Shown in pieces: positions 35,917-45,297 of a DNA stretch of 64,000 nt. The notes beneath the pieces are model-generated. The model worked only from the letters and a program-made list of their open reading frames with translations. It had not been told where the DNA came from and searched no databases. The stretch's first letter is position 1, and each line of letters starts with the position of its first letter. The stretch covers positions 42,214 through 106,213 of the forward strand of contig MWBZ01000005.1 in the NCBI GenBank assembly GCA_002069765.1, in the 5' to 3' direction. The DNA is from a bacterium ADurb.Bin243 (GTDB taxonomy: Bacteria; Muiribacteriota; UBA9980). A program made the translations under genes and the position numbers.

Positions 35917-38900
35917 TTATTCCATCCGTTTCTTATTCAGTTGATTAGATTTTTCTTTTATTATTTTTTTTATAAGCATATTGAGGTCGTGTATTTTGTA
36001 GGGTTTGGCTATATAGCCCGCAAAGCCTTCGGACCTGTAATTTGATATCGAAGAGTTGTCGAAATAACCGCTCGAAGCTATGGCGGTTACTTCCGGGTCG
36101 ATCTGCTTTAAAATTTTTATGGTTTCGTAGCCGCCCATGCCGCCAGGAACGGTTAAATCCATAATCAGAATGTCGTAAGGCGCTTTTTCAATAATGGATT
36201 TGCGGTATAATTCGATCGCTTCGTTGCCGTCGCAGGCGCTTTCCGCTTTGAAGCCTATGTGGTTAAGGAGCTGGACGGCCGTCTGGCGGATGAGCGGTTC
36301 GTCGTCCATCAAAAGCACTTTGTAATCATTTTTAAGCCCTTCAGGCTTTTGACTTAAATTTTCGCTTGCCGCCGCTTTAATTTTGGTTTTTTCGAGCTGC
36401 GTAGCGGAAGCGGGAAAGAATAATTCGAATCTGGCGCCTATGCCGATCGTGGAAGATACTTTTATAAATCCGCCGTGGTTTTTGACTATCGAATATACCG
36501 ACGTAAGTCCGAGCCCCATTCCCGTTGATTTCGTAGTAAAGTAAGGATTGAAAATCTGGGTGATATCCTCGGGCGTGATTCCGCATCCGGTATCGGTGAA
36601 AGAAATTTTAACGAAGTCGCCCGCGAATCGCTGCCCGTCGGCGGTTTCTTCGTCTATATAAACGTTTTCGGCGGCTACCTTGAGCATTCCGCCTTCCGGC
36701 ATGGCGTGGCAGGCGTTTATTGCGATATTAGAAAACGCCTGGTTTAATTGCGCCTCGTCCGCGTCGATAAGGCGAAGTGCATTTTCAAACTGGAATTCGT
36801 AAGCTATTTTTGTTCCGACGAGCGTGAAACTTATTATTTTTTTCAAAATGGATGCGGGATCGGCCGTTTTTTTAAGAGGCTTTCCTCCGCGCGCGAAAGT
36901 TATGAATTGGGCCGTTATATTTTTGGCTTTGAAAACCGCTTCGCTTATACGGCTCAGCGAGCTTTCGAATTTTTCCCTGTCGTTGAAATAGCGCCGCATT
37001 AATTCAATGTTGCAGTTTATCGCCAGCAGAAGGTTATTGAAATCATGGGCGATCCCTCCCGCGAGAGTGCCGATCGACTTGATCTGATTCATATGCAGCA
37101 GCTCTTCATCCATCTTTTTAATGTTCGTAATGTCCTTGAACGCTATTACGGCCCCGATCGCGCTCTGGTCTTCGGCTATAACGGGCGCGGCCGTGGCCAT
37201 TATGAATTTTTTCTCCCCGCTGGCGCCTGTCAGTACGGCGTTGCGGCCGAAATCTACGGTTTGCCTTTCTGACAAGGCTTTTAAAGAGCAGCTTTCGAGC
37301 TTTTCGCCCGTTTTCTGGTCTTTGACGATAAAAACATCGAAGAGGTTACTGTTTTCAAATTTCCCACCCTCAGTTTCGAGCATTTTTTTGGCCGTTTCGT
37401 TTATCATAAGTATTTTAAGATCGTTTCCTACTACGATTACGCCTTCGCCGATGCTCTTTAAAATAGTCGCGAGCCGCTCTTTTTCCAGGTAAATTCCGAA
37501 GGCAGATTCGTTTAAAAGCTGTATCCAGACGAAAAAATTTAATATGAGAATAAAAACTACGCATGAAATGGTTATGCCGAAAAGCCTGAAAACGGCGGCT
37601 TTTTTATAGCTGGAAAAGAGCGCGATATCCCAGCCGGGGCTGAAGTTCGAGCGGTTTACGTAAAATTTCATTCCGTGGAGTTCCGCCGTTTGCGCCTTGG
37701 AAATCTCCTTTTTCAGCAGAGCGGCATTCTTTACGGCGCCGAATTTTCTGGAAGCGTTTATGGCGTCGAGTTTTTCCGGTGCCAGCGGCCACATAGGCGT
37801 GAAAAGAAGAGCGCTTATGCTTGAAATGAATATAATCCCATCCGAGCTTATAAAAAAACAATTTTGGTAAGCTTTGAAATTTTTTTCGATATCTTCGACT
37901 TCCGATTTTATGGCGGCCGCGCCGATTATTTTGCCGTCCTCGCCTTTTACCGGAGCGCATACGTAGTAGCCTCTTTTGTTAGTCGTTATGCCTTTATTGA
38001 GATCTTCGCCTATTTTTCCGCCGGCGGCGTCCTGAAAATATTTTCTGAATTTATAATTATGCCCTATCAAGCTGTCTGGCGCGCCGCGGTTGGAAGACGC
38101 GACCGTTATGCCGCTTGAATTTATTATATAAACCAGCGCCCCGCCGAGCGATTGCGAAAAAAAGTCGGCCGTTTCGTTCGATTTTGTAAAAGGCCCGCCG
38201 CCTGATATAAGCTCATCCCGGATTTCCTTCTGAGCGGCTAAAATTAACGCGCTTTTTTTTATGGAGGACAACTTTTCGTTAATCGCGCCGGAGATAATTT
38301 TAACCGACGAATCGCTGTCTGCAGCGATTTCTTTTAAAGCTACGGTTTCTAAAAAATTTGTGAGCAGCCATCCGGATAAAATCAAGGATATCAGAAGAGT
38401 TAGATTTATACCGGTAATATTGTTTTTGCCGGCGATCTGCCCGAAATTGCGGTGTGAACGAAGCTGCCTTGAATAACCGAATATATAATTGGCTATCAGC
38501 AAAGCGCATAGCCCTCTAATTAATTGAGGCGGCGTTTTGAAAAAAGAAAAAAACGATTCGGCATTGATGACGCTGGCCGGAAAAAACTCTGCGGCGGGCA
38601 CTATCAATCCGCTGGCTATGGCGTACAAAAAAAAGAAAAACGCTGATTTTTTGAGATTGCCGCCGGGAAGCTGAATTTTAAACGATAATGCATATAACGA
38701 TGCCGCGGACAGGATGCCGCCGGTAAACCCGAAACAGTAGCGGCCGGCTATATTGGCGGCCGCTCCGCCCGATAAATAAACCCCTGCCGCAAAGCTCGCC
38801 AGAAGAGGCGGATAAATAAAGCCCGCGTATTTTTTATTATAAAGAGCTTCGATTCCGCTTAATCCGAACTGAAGGAGAAACAGGAATGAAACTACCATAA

Positions 38901-39129
38901 CGGCGAGGCGTACCAGAGAGAATGAGGGATTGTCCCCGAACGAAACCGCTATCATATCCAGCCATTCGTTGGCGCCGTGAACGGCGGCGAATAATTCGAG
39001 CCAATGCCATTTTATTCCGCTTTTATCGATTTTTTTAATCGTGACGCAAACTGCGGCAAGAGCGAAAAAACTGAGTCCGTAAAAAAAATATACGTAATCC
39101 AGCTGGCTTTTGAAAAAATCAATAATCAT
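35917..39129 (-). CDS. Hybrid sensor histidine kinase (1070 aa): N-terminal polytopic membrane domain, extracytoplasmic Cache-like region, PAS, HisKA, HATPase, C-terminal REC.
   Basis: H-box AHDFNNLLLAI. GxGxG region. REC KVLLMDDEPLIRQ...ILIMDLTVPGGMGG. Its stop is 1 nt before the ABC ATPase start codon, so translational coupling is likely. Confidence 0.85.
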   Translation of the reverse strand: MIIDFFKSQLDYVYFFYGLSFFALAAVCVTIKKIDKSGIKWHWLELFAAVHGANEWLDMIAVSFGDNPSFSLVRLAVMVVSFLFLLQFGLSGIEALYNKKYAGFIYPPLLASFAAGVYLSGGAAANIAGRYCFGFTGGILSAASLYALSFKIQLPGGNLKKSAFFFFLYAIASGLIVPAAEFFPASVINAESFFSFFKTPPQLIRGLCALLIANYIFGYSRQLRSHRNFGQIAGKNNITGINLTLLISLILSGWLLTNFLETVALKEIAADSDSSVKIISGAINEKLSSIKKSALILAAQKEIRDELISGGGPFTKSNETADFFSQSLGGALVYIINSSGITVASSNRGAPDSLIGHNYKFRKYFQDAAGGKIGEDLNKGITTNKRGYYVCAPVKGEDGKIIGAAAIKSEVEDIEKNFKAYQNCFFISSDGIIFISSISALLFTPMWPLAPEKLDAINASRKFGAVKNAALLKKEISKAQTAELHGMKFYVNRSNFSPGWDIALFSSYKKAAVFRLFGITISCVVFILILNFFVWIQLLNESAFGIYLEKERLATILKSIGEGVIVVGNDLKILMINETAKKMLETEGGKFENSNLFDVFIVKDQKTGEKLESCSLKALSERQTVDFGRNAVLTGASGEKKFIMATAAPVIAEDQSAIGAVIAFKDITNIKKMDEELLHMNQIKSIGTLAGGIAHDFNNLLLAINCNIELMRRYFNDREKFESSLSRISEAVFKAKNITAQFITFARGGKPLKKTADPASILKKIISFTLVGTKIAYEFQFENALRLIDADEAQLNQAFSNIAINACHAMPEGGMLKVAAENVYIDEETADGQRFAGDFVKISFTDTGCGITPEDITQIFNPYFTTKSTGMGLGLTSVYSIVKNHGGFIKVSSTIGIGARFELFFPASATQLEKTKIKAAASENLSQKPEGLKNDYKVLLMDDEPLIRQTAVQLLNHIGFKAESACDGNEAIELYRKSIIEKAPYDILIMDLTVPGGMGGYETIKILKQIDPEVTAIASSGYFDNSSISNYRSEGFAGYIAKPYKIHDLNMLIKKIIKEKSNQLNKKRME

Positions 39130-39262
39130 AATAATATTATATTACAAATCCCGTTAATTTTCAATTGGATTTCATTATAGATAATTTTATTTTTATATGC
39201 ATATTTTTCGAGTTTTATCCAGAACTTCGGTACTTGAATCTAAAGCCGATAATATTTATACC

Positions 39263-40363
39263 ATGAATATTTTTAAAAAGGAACTTTCGATAAATAAAAT
39301 TTTTTTTATACTAATATCGTGCTTCGCTTTTATTTTATGCGGCCATCGGGCCGAGGCCGGACAAAAGGCGGATTCCGTAATAACGCCGGCGTTCGGAATT
39401 ATTTTAAAATCTTATATAAAAGTTCCTTCCGGAGAGATATTTCTTGGAGATATCTGCGATTTTAAAACCGAGCCAGGCTTTAAAACCGATCTTGAAAAAA
39501 TAAAAAATATTCAACTGGGTTTCGCCCCGCCGCCTTTCGTCGAAAGGCGCATATATAAATTCGAGACGGAAAACGCGATACGGGGAAAACTGGAATTTCC
39601 TTCCGGCTGCGGCTATTCGATAGGAGGAGCGGATTACTGCAGGGTAACGTCTTTCGCCGGAGGCGAAACTGACGGCAAAGCGAAATCACTTTTAAAAAAA
39701 GAACTGGAAAATAAGATAGGCGAACTTTTCATTAAAAAATATTCGGGCGAGTTCGAAATCGGCGCTAAAGATAAAATCGCCGTTTCGATCACGGGCGGCC
39801 TGGGCCGTGAAGCCGTAAAAAAATTAACCGCGTCGGCCGAAGCCAGGATAGATATTGTTGGTTATAAATCATCAGCGGCCGATATCGTCGTTTCTGCGGA
39901 AAATGTCACGCCGCTGAAATTAACGGCTAAAATAACCAGAAAAACTCCCGCCGCGGCGGCGCGCGAAAACCTTTCAAAAAATACGGTTATAGATATGAAT
40001 AAAATAATGACTCGTGAAATCGAAATTTTTGCCGAAAAATATGGTGAGTTATTTTTAATAAACGATTCGATCGAAAATGATCGGGAATTGTCTAAAATCG
40101 CCGCCGAAGGACTTGAGTTAATCAGAAACGTGCGCGCGGGCGAAATTTTGAAAAAAAGCTTTTTTAACAAGAAAATCCTTGTAAAAGCAGGGCAGACGAT
40201 TGTTTTACATTTGAGGAATAAACGATCTAGTATTTCTTTTTCGGCGACGGCGTCTAAAAATGCCGGCGAAGGAGATATTATAGAAGCGGTGAACCCGAGG
40301 ACGCGCAAAAAATATAAGGCCGTAGTGAGCGGCGAAGGGACCGCGGAAGCCGTTGAAAATTAA
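39263..40363 (+). CDS. flgA: Flagellar basal-body P-ring formation chaperone.
   Basis: Signal peptide. C-terminal SAF-like domain VRAGEILKKSFF...VKAGQTIVLHL...GDIIEAVNPRTRKKYKAVVSGEG. Sits directly upstream of flgH-flgI. Confidence 0.65.
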   Translation: MNIFKKELSINKIFFILISCFAFILCGHRAEAGQKADSVITPAFGIILKSYIKVPSGEIFLGDICDFKTEPGFKTDLEKIKNIQLGFAPPPFVERRIYKFETENAIRGKLEFPSGCGYSIGGADYCRVTSFAGGETDGKAKSLLKKELENKIGELFIKKYSGEFEIGAKDKIAVSITGGLGREAVKKLTASAEARIDIVGYKSSAADIVVSAENVTPLKLTAKITRKTPAAAARENLSKNTVIDMNKIMTREIEIFAEKYGELFLINDSIENDRELSKIAAEGLELIRNVRAGEILKKSFFNKKILVKAGQTIVLHLRNKRSSISFSATASKNAGEGDIIEAVNPRTRKKYKAVVSGEGTAEAVEN

Positions 40364-40498
40364 TTCGCGCGCGCCGCAAGGGTAAATCCGGGAGATCCCC
40401 GGAAAAAAAGAAAAACGGGTAATCATAATAAAACATAGCACCAGTCGCAGCATTGTCGTAATTTAGTCGGAGTATTTTTAAATTATATCGGAGGCAGA

Positions 40499-41110
40499 AT
40501 GTATCGCAGCGCTTTTAAGAGATTTTTGATTTTATCGTTGGTAAGTTTCTGTGTTATTGGATTTGCGGCGGCCGAACTCAAAGCCGAATCGCTCTGGCGC
40601 GAAGCCGAAGAGGAATCGGCCGGACAGTCGATATTTTCAGAAACAAAGGGGCATAAAATAGGCGATATAATAACCATTTTGATAATAGAAAATTCTACGG
40701 CCGTGCAGAAAGCCACGACCCAGAATAAAAAATCTTCCACGGTAGGCGCGAAAGCCGGAACGGGTCCTTTGAGTTTTATCCCAAATATTTCCAGCAGCAC
40801 TTCGGGCGATTTTTCCGGCGACGGCTCCACGACGCGTTCGGGAACCATAACGGCCAAAATCTCCGCCCGCGTCACTAAGATTTACCCCAACGGCAACCTT
40901 GCCATAGAAGGCAAGCGCAGCATAAGAATAAACGACGAAGTGCAGGACATTACGATAAACGGCATCGCGCGCACGCTCGATATAACATCTGATAATACGA
41001 TATTATCAACATTTTTAGCCGACGCCCAGATCAAGTATAAAGGAAACGGCGTCGTAGGGACCGTTAACAGGCCGGGAGTAATCAAAAGAGTATCCGATTG
41101 GCTTTTTTAA
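40499..41110 (+). CDS. flgH: Flagellar L-ring protein.
   Basis: GDIITILIIENSTA...NGNLAIEGKRSIRINDEVQDITINGIARTLDI... Confidence 0.85.
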   Translation: MYRSAFKRFLILSLVSFCVIGFAAAELKAESLWREAEEESAGQSIFSETKGHKIGDIITILIIENSTAVQKATTQNKKSSTVGAKAGTGPLSFIPNISSSTSGDFSGDGSTTRSGTITAKISARVTKIYPNGNLAIEGKRSIRINDEVQDITINGIARTLDITSDNTILSTFLADAQIKYKGNGVVGTVNRPGVIKRVSDWLF

Positions 41111-41150
41111 CGGCGACCGAAAAGAAAAAATATAGTTAAATATAGGCGGT

Positions 41151-42311
41151 ATGCAAATGGTAAAAACCCAAAAACGATCGAACGGAAAGAAATTGATGAA
41201 AGCTCTTGCGGCTGTTTTATGCGCGGCTTTTATCTTAAATTTTTTATCGGTGTCTTATGCGGGAATAATAACGCGCATCAAAGATATCGCCAGAATCGGC
41301 GGAGTGCGCGAAAACCAGCTTGTGGGTTACGGCGTGGTCGTAGGCCTTGAGGGCAGCGGCGACAAGAACATCATGACCGCGCAATCGATCGTAAATATGC
41401 TCAAGTCATTCGACGTTACGCTGGACCCGAAGACTTTGAAGGCCCAGAATTCCGCCGCCGTAATGGTTACGGCCAATATTCTTCCGTTCATGAGCGAAGG
41501 CGATAAGCTCGACGTCGTGGTTTCGTCGATAGGCGACGCCAAAAGCATTCAGGGCGGAGTTCTTTTGCAGACGCCGCTAAAGGGCGCCAACGGCAAGGTT
41601 TACGCCGTAGCGCAGGGGCCGGTTTCTCTCGGGCAGCTGGGTTCGAGCCAGCAGTCGGCGGGCGGAGTCAAACTTCATCCCCTGGTCGCCAGGATCCCCG
41701 GCGGGGCGCTTATAGAAAGAGAAATATCGAGCGATTTTGTCGCTGACGAAAAGATCGAGATCGTTTTAAATAAAAAGGATTTTTCCACCGCCAATGCCGT
41801 GTCTGCGGCCATCTGCGACAAGTTCGGCGAAGGGTTCGCCAGGGCGAAAAACGCCGGCGTAGTTACCGTGAAGGTCCCTTCGAGCTTCGAAGACAACGTG
41901 GTGGGATTTCTGGCCGCCGTCGAATCGCTCAGCGTCCAGACCGACAACGCTTCTAAAATCGTTATAAACGAAAAGACCGGCACGATAGTGCTGGGCGACG
42001 ACGTGAGAATAAGCCCCGTGGCTATTTCTCATAACGGAATAAAACTCAAAGTCGCGGAAGCTCCCGCTGGCGCTCCTGTTCAGGCTCAGGCTGGCGCGGC
42101 GCAAAATCAGCCGCCGGCGCCGGGTAATGCGGCAGCGGCGCGCGCGAGAGGCGGCGGAGAAAAGAATATAATTTACCTTAACGCCGGCTCCACCGTGCGC
42201 GATATGGTGGACGCCCTTAATGAAATGGGCGCGTACGCCAAGGACATTATCGCGATTATCCAGGCCATGAAGGCCGCCGGCGCCATCCAGAGCGAAATAG
42301 AAGTAATTTAG
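41151..42311 (+). CDS. flgI: Flagellar P-ring protein.
   Basis: RIKDIARIGGVRENQLVGYGVVVGLEGSGD...LQTPLKGANGKVYAVAQGPVSLG. Confidence 0.9.
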   Translation: MQMVKTQKRSNGKKLMKALAAVLCAAFILNFLSVSYAGIITRIKDIARIGGVRENQLVGYGVVVGLEGSGDKNIMTAQSIVNMLKSFDVTLDPKTLKAQNSAAVMVTANILPFMSEGDKLDVVVSSIGDAKSIQGGVLLQTPLKGANGKVYAVAQGPVSLGQLGSSQQSAGGVKLHPLVARIPGGALIEREISSDFVADEKIEIVLNKKDFSTANAVSAAICDKFGEGFARAKNAGVVTVKVPSSFEDNVVGFLAAVESLSVQTDNASKIVINEKTGTIVLGDDVRISPVAISHNGIKLKVAEAPAGAPVQAQAGAAQNQPPAPGNAAAARARGGGEKNIIYLNAGSTVRDMVDALNEMGAYAKDIIAIIQAMKAAGAIQSEIEVI

Positions 42312-42355
42312 CGCGGCGCGCTTAAAAATACCTGAAAGCGAGTGTATTATAAAAA

Positions 42356-43471
42356 ATGAATATATCCGGCCTGAAAGTGGCGATAGTGCATTACTGGCTC
42401 GTAAATATGCGCGGGGGCGAAAAAGTCATAGAAGAGCTGCTCGATATTTTTCCTGACGCCGAAATATTTACTCTGGTTTATGATAAATCTAAAATTTCCG
42501 ATAAAATAAATTCCCGTAAAATTCATACGTCTTTCATTCAAAACCTGCCGTTCGGCGTTTCTAAGTACCAGCATTTTTTTCCGCTTTTTCCATTCGCCAT
42601 GGAGCAGTTCGATCTTTCAAAGTTCGACCTGGTGATAAGCTCCGATTCGGGCTTTTCGAAAATGGCGCTGACCAATTCCAGGCAGAAGCATGTAACATAC
42701 TGCCATACGCCGATGCGTTACGCATGGGACAAATATTTCGAATATCTTAACGAAAACAATCTCGGGTTCATAAAAAAAAGCGCCATGCGAATTTTTATGC
42801 ATTACGTGAGGCTTACGGATCTCGCTTCGAGTTTCCGGGTAGACCACTTCATCGCCAATTCAAAAACCGTCGCAGGGCGCGTTAATAAGCATTACAGGCG
42901 CGCGGCCGAAGTTATTTACCCTCCGGTCGATTGTAAAAAATTTACGATAGCGCCGCCTTCGGAAGAGCCGTCTAAAGATCCGTTCTATCTTTTCGTGGGA
43001 CAGCTGATTCCCTATAAAAAACCCGATATCGCCGTTAAGGCTTTCAATGAGCTCGGGTTGAACCTGATCGTGGCCGGCACGGGCCAGATGGAAAAAGAGC
43101 TTAGAAAAACAGCTGCACCCAACGTAAAATTTATCGGCCGCGCCGAGGATGCGAGGCTTTTAAACCTTTATCAGAATTGCGAAGCGCTTATTTTCCCCAA
43201 TGAAGAGGATTTCGGGATCGTTCCCGTAGAGTGTATGGCGGCCGGAAAGCCCGTAATCGCTCTTAACGAAGGCGGCGCTTCGGAAACCGTTATAGACGGA
43301 AAAACCGGGGTGCTCTTCGACGGCTGCAGCGTGCCTTCGCTTATAGGCGCGGTGAAAAAATTCATCGCCGTCAGAAACGGTTTCAGGGCCGAAGAGATCC
43401 GCGAACACGCGCTGGAATTCGACAATGAAGTATTTAAGAGCAGGATAAAAAGGTTTTTTGAAAGTCTTTAG
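42356..43471 (+). CDS. Glycosyltransferase, GT4 (GT-B) family.
   Basis: C-terminal FVGQLIPYKKPD...FPNEEDFGIVPVECMAAGKPVIA (the E-x7-E region). Confidence 0.8.
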   Translation: MNISGLKVAIVHYWLVNMRGGEKVIEELLDIFPDAEIFTLVYDKSKISDKINSRKIHTSFIQNLPFGVSKYQHFFPLFPFAMEQFDLSKFDLVISSDSGFSKMALTNSRQKHVTYCHTPMRYAWDKYFEYLNENNLGFIKKSAMRIFMHYVRLTDLASSFRVDHFIANSKTVAGRVNKHYRRAAEVIYPPVDCKKFTIAPPSEEPSKDPFYLFVGQLIPYKKPDIAVKAFNELGLNLIVAGTGQMEKELRKTAAPNVKFIGRAEDARLLNLYQNCEALIFPNEEDFGIVPVECMAAGKPVIALNEGGASETVIDGKTGVLFDGCSVPSLIGAVKKFIAVRNGFRAEEIREHALEFDNEVFKSRIKRFFESL

Positions 43472-43482
43472 AAATAAAACAG

Positions 43483-43515
43483 GGAGCCGCCTTCTTCAGG
43501 CGGCTCCTTTTTTTA
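43483..43515. terminator. Bidirectional rho-independent terminator: ggagccgcc-ttcttca-ggcggctcc, with a T8 run downstream and an A-rich run upstream.
   Basis: Read directly between the convergent genes ending at 43471 (+) and 43562 (-). Confidence 0.7.
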
Positions 43516-43561
43516 TAAGGCACTTAAGAACCCTTTTAAGCGGGTTTTGCGATTTATGCTC

Positions 43562-45262
43562 TTACCATTCTTTGCCTTCCATGACGAGGTTTTTAACCAG
43601 TTCATATCTTTCGGGGCTCATCTGCCTCATGGATTTTCCGTAAACTACATAATAAGCGATTGCTTCGGCCATATCTTCCATTACGTTGCTGCCGCCGTAC
43701 TGCGAAATGGCCGGAGGATTCGCGCCGCCTGCGCTGCCCGAGTAACCGTTTCTGCCGGACCAGAACTTTTGCTGAAACTGGTTCTGGAGTTCGTAAGTTT
43801 GAAAGTGAAAGCAGTGGCCCATTTCGTGGATAAGCACGCGCCTGTAATCGCAGTTCAAACCGAGAGGCGTAATAGTTATGCTCGAACCGCTGGCGAAGCC
43901 GCCTATATTGCTCATGCCGGGGAACATTCCTTCGGCGGAGCCTTTGGCGAGCGTGAGGGTTTTTCTTACGAAGCTCTGCGGAAGCTCCGATAATATGTCC
44001 ATGGTCGTTTTCAATTCCTGCTCTGTCCATACGTATTTTGGCGCTTCGCCGTCGACTATGGTGATGCCGAACTTTTCCTGGATTTGCTTGATGAGCTCTT
44101 TGGCTCCGGGCGTGCGGTTATCGACGGTGTTGTCTTTCGGAGTGTTATCGCCGTTCATCTGACGGTTTTGCTGCTTGATCATTTCGTCGAACGGGTCTTT
44201 GAAGTTGTTGTTGACGTTCTGGTTATTGTTATTTGGCGGAAGCGGGGGAATCGGAGGGAACTGCGGCTGCCCGGATATATCGTTATCGTTGTTTTTCGGC
44301 GGCTGCGGAACCGGAGGCGCCGGCGGGTTTACGTTTTGATTGTTGCCGCCCTGGTTCTGCACGTTGCGTCCGTTATCGTCCTGCGGTTTTTTGGGGTTGC
44401 GGTTCAATATGTCCCAGGGGTTCGAGCCTATATTTTTTCCGCTGTTTATGTCGTTGTTTACGTTGCCGTCGTTTGCGCCGTTATTGCCCGGATCGGGGAA
44501 ATCGTCGTCTTTGTTGCCCTGCTGATTGTTAACGCCGCCGTCATTAACGTTATTTTTGCCGTCGTCGTTGTTTGGGATTAAATTATCGCCGCCGTTGTTG
44601 CCGTCGAAGATTTTATTCAAATCGGCGATTTCTTTTGCCGTGTCATCGAGAGTTTTTTCGATATTTTTGAATATGTTTTCGAGTTTTTTGTTGAACGATT
44701 TGAACATATTTTCAAAAATAGATTCCAGGTCTTTGAAAAAATTGGAAAAAGCGTTTTCCAGGCTGCGCGCCAGGTCGAATCCGCCGTCTTCGACTTCGTT
44801 TCCGCCGCCGTTTATATTTTTATTATCGTTATCGTTTTTCGCGCCGTTATCGGCCTTGTCGGCGTTATTTCCGCCGTCGGCATCGCCATTGTCTTTTGAG
44901 CCGTCATTATTTTTTTCGCCGGCCATGCTTTTAGCTTCGATTATTTTGCCGATCTTTTCCGCCAGATCGCTGGAATAGCCGACGATTTTTTCCCCGCCGA
45001 CGATATAGGTCGGATAAAGTTTTACGCCGTATTTGGAGCCGGCCCCGAGGTCCGCTTCGATGAATTCGGCGCGGTCGCCATATTTTTCTCTGGCCTGTTC
45101 GACCAGAGGCTTCGCTTTTTCGCACCACTGGCAGCTCGGCGTCGAAAAGATCAGGACCTCGACCTTATCGCCCGCCGCCGTGGATACTGCCGGATAAAAT
45201 AAAAATGAAAACATGAGGACTGCGAACAATAAAAAACCGTAACATTTTTTCATAAACAACAC
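43562..45262 (-). CDS. Secreted three-part protein: an N-terminal thioredoxin/glutaredoxin-fold domain (CQWC), a ~330-aa low-complexity linker (Asn/Asp/Gly/Lys-rich, then Asn/Gln/Pro-rich), and a C-terminal zincin-like HExxH domain.
   Basis: Signal peptide MKKCYGFLLFAVLMFSFLFYPAVSTAAG. VLIFSTPSCQWCEKAKP...YPTYIVGG. The linker ...NNDNDISGQPQFPPIPPLPPNNNNQNVNNNF.... C-terminal LIHEMGHCFHFQ...NVMEDMAEAIAYY (HExxH plus a downstream Glu). Confidence 0.6.
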   Translation of the reverse strand: MLFMKKCYGFLLFAVLMFSFLFYPAVSTAAGDKVEVLIFSTPSCQWCEKAKPLVEQAREKYGDRAEFIEADLGAGSKYGVKLYPTYIVGGEKIVGYSSDLAEKIGKIIEAKSMAGEKNNDGSKDNGDADGGNNADKADNGAKNDNDNKNINGGGNEVEDGGFDLARSLENAFSNFFKDLESIFENMFKSFNKKLENIFKNIEKTLDDTAKEIADLNKIFDGNNGGDNLIPNNDDGKNNVNDGGVNNQQGNKDDDFPDPGNNGANDGNVNNDINSGKNIGSNPWDILNRNPKKPQDDNGRNVQNQGGNNQNVNPPAPPVPQPPKNNDNDISGQPQFPPIPPLPPNNNNQNVNNNFKDPFDEMIKQQNRQMNGDNTPKDNTVDNRTPGAKELIKQIQEKFGITIVDGEAPKYVWTEQELKTTMDILSELPQSFVRKTLTLAKGSAEGMFPGMSNIGGFASGSSITITPLGLNCDYRRVLIHEMGHCFHFQTYELQNQFQQKFWSGRNGYSGSAGGANPPAISQYGGSNVMEDMAEAIAYYVVYGKSMRQMSPERYELVKNLVMEGKEW

Positions 45263-45297
45263 CTCTCTAATTTATTACTTGTGTAAATTTAACTTTT

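Noticed and set aside
44084-44978. Several plus-strand ORFs (Val/Arg/Cys-rich) inside the low-complexity part of the Trx-HExxH gene.
   Set aside because: These are artefacts of the repetitive Asn/Asp/Gly/Lys-encoding DNA read in the wrong strand and frame.
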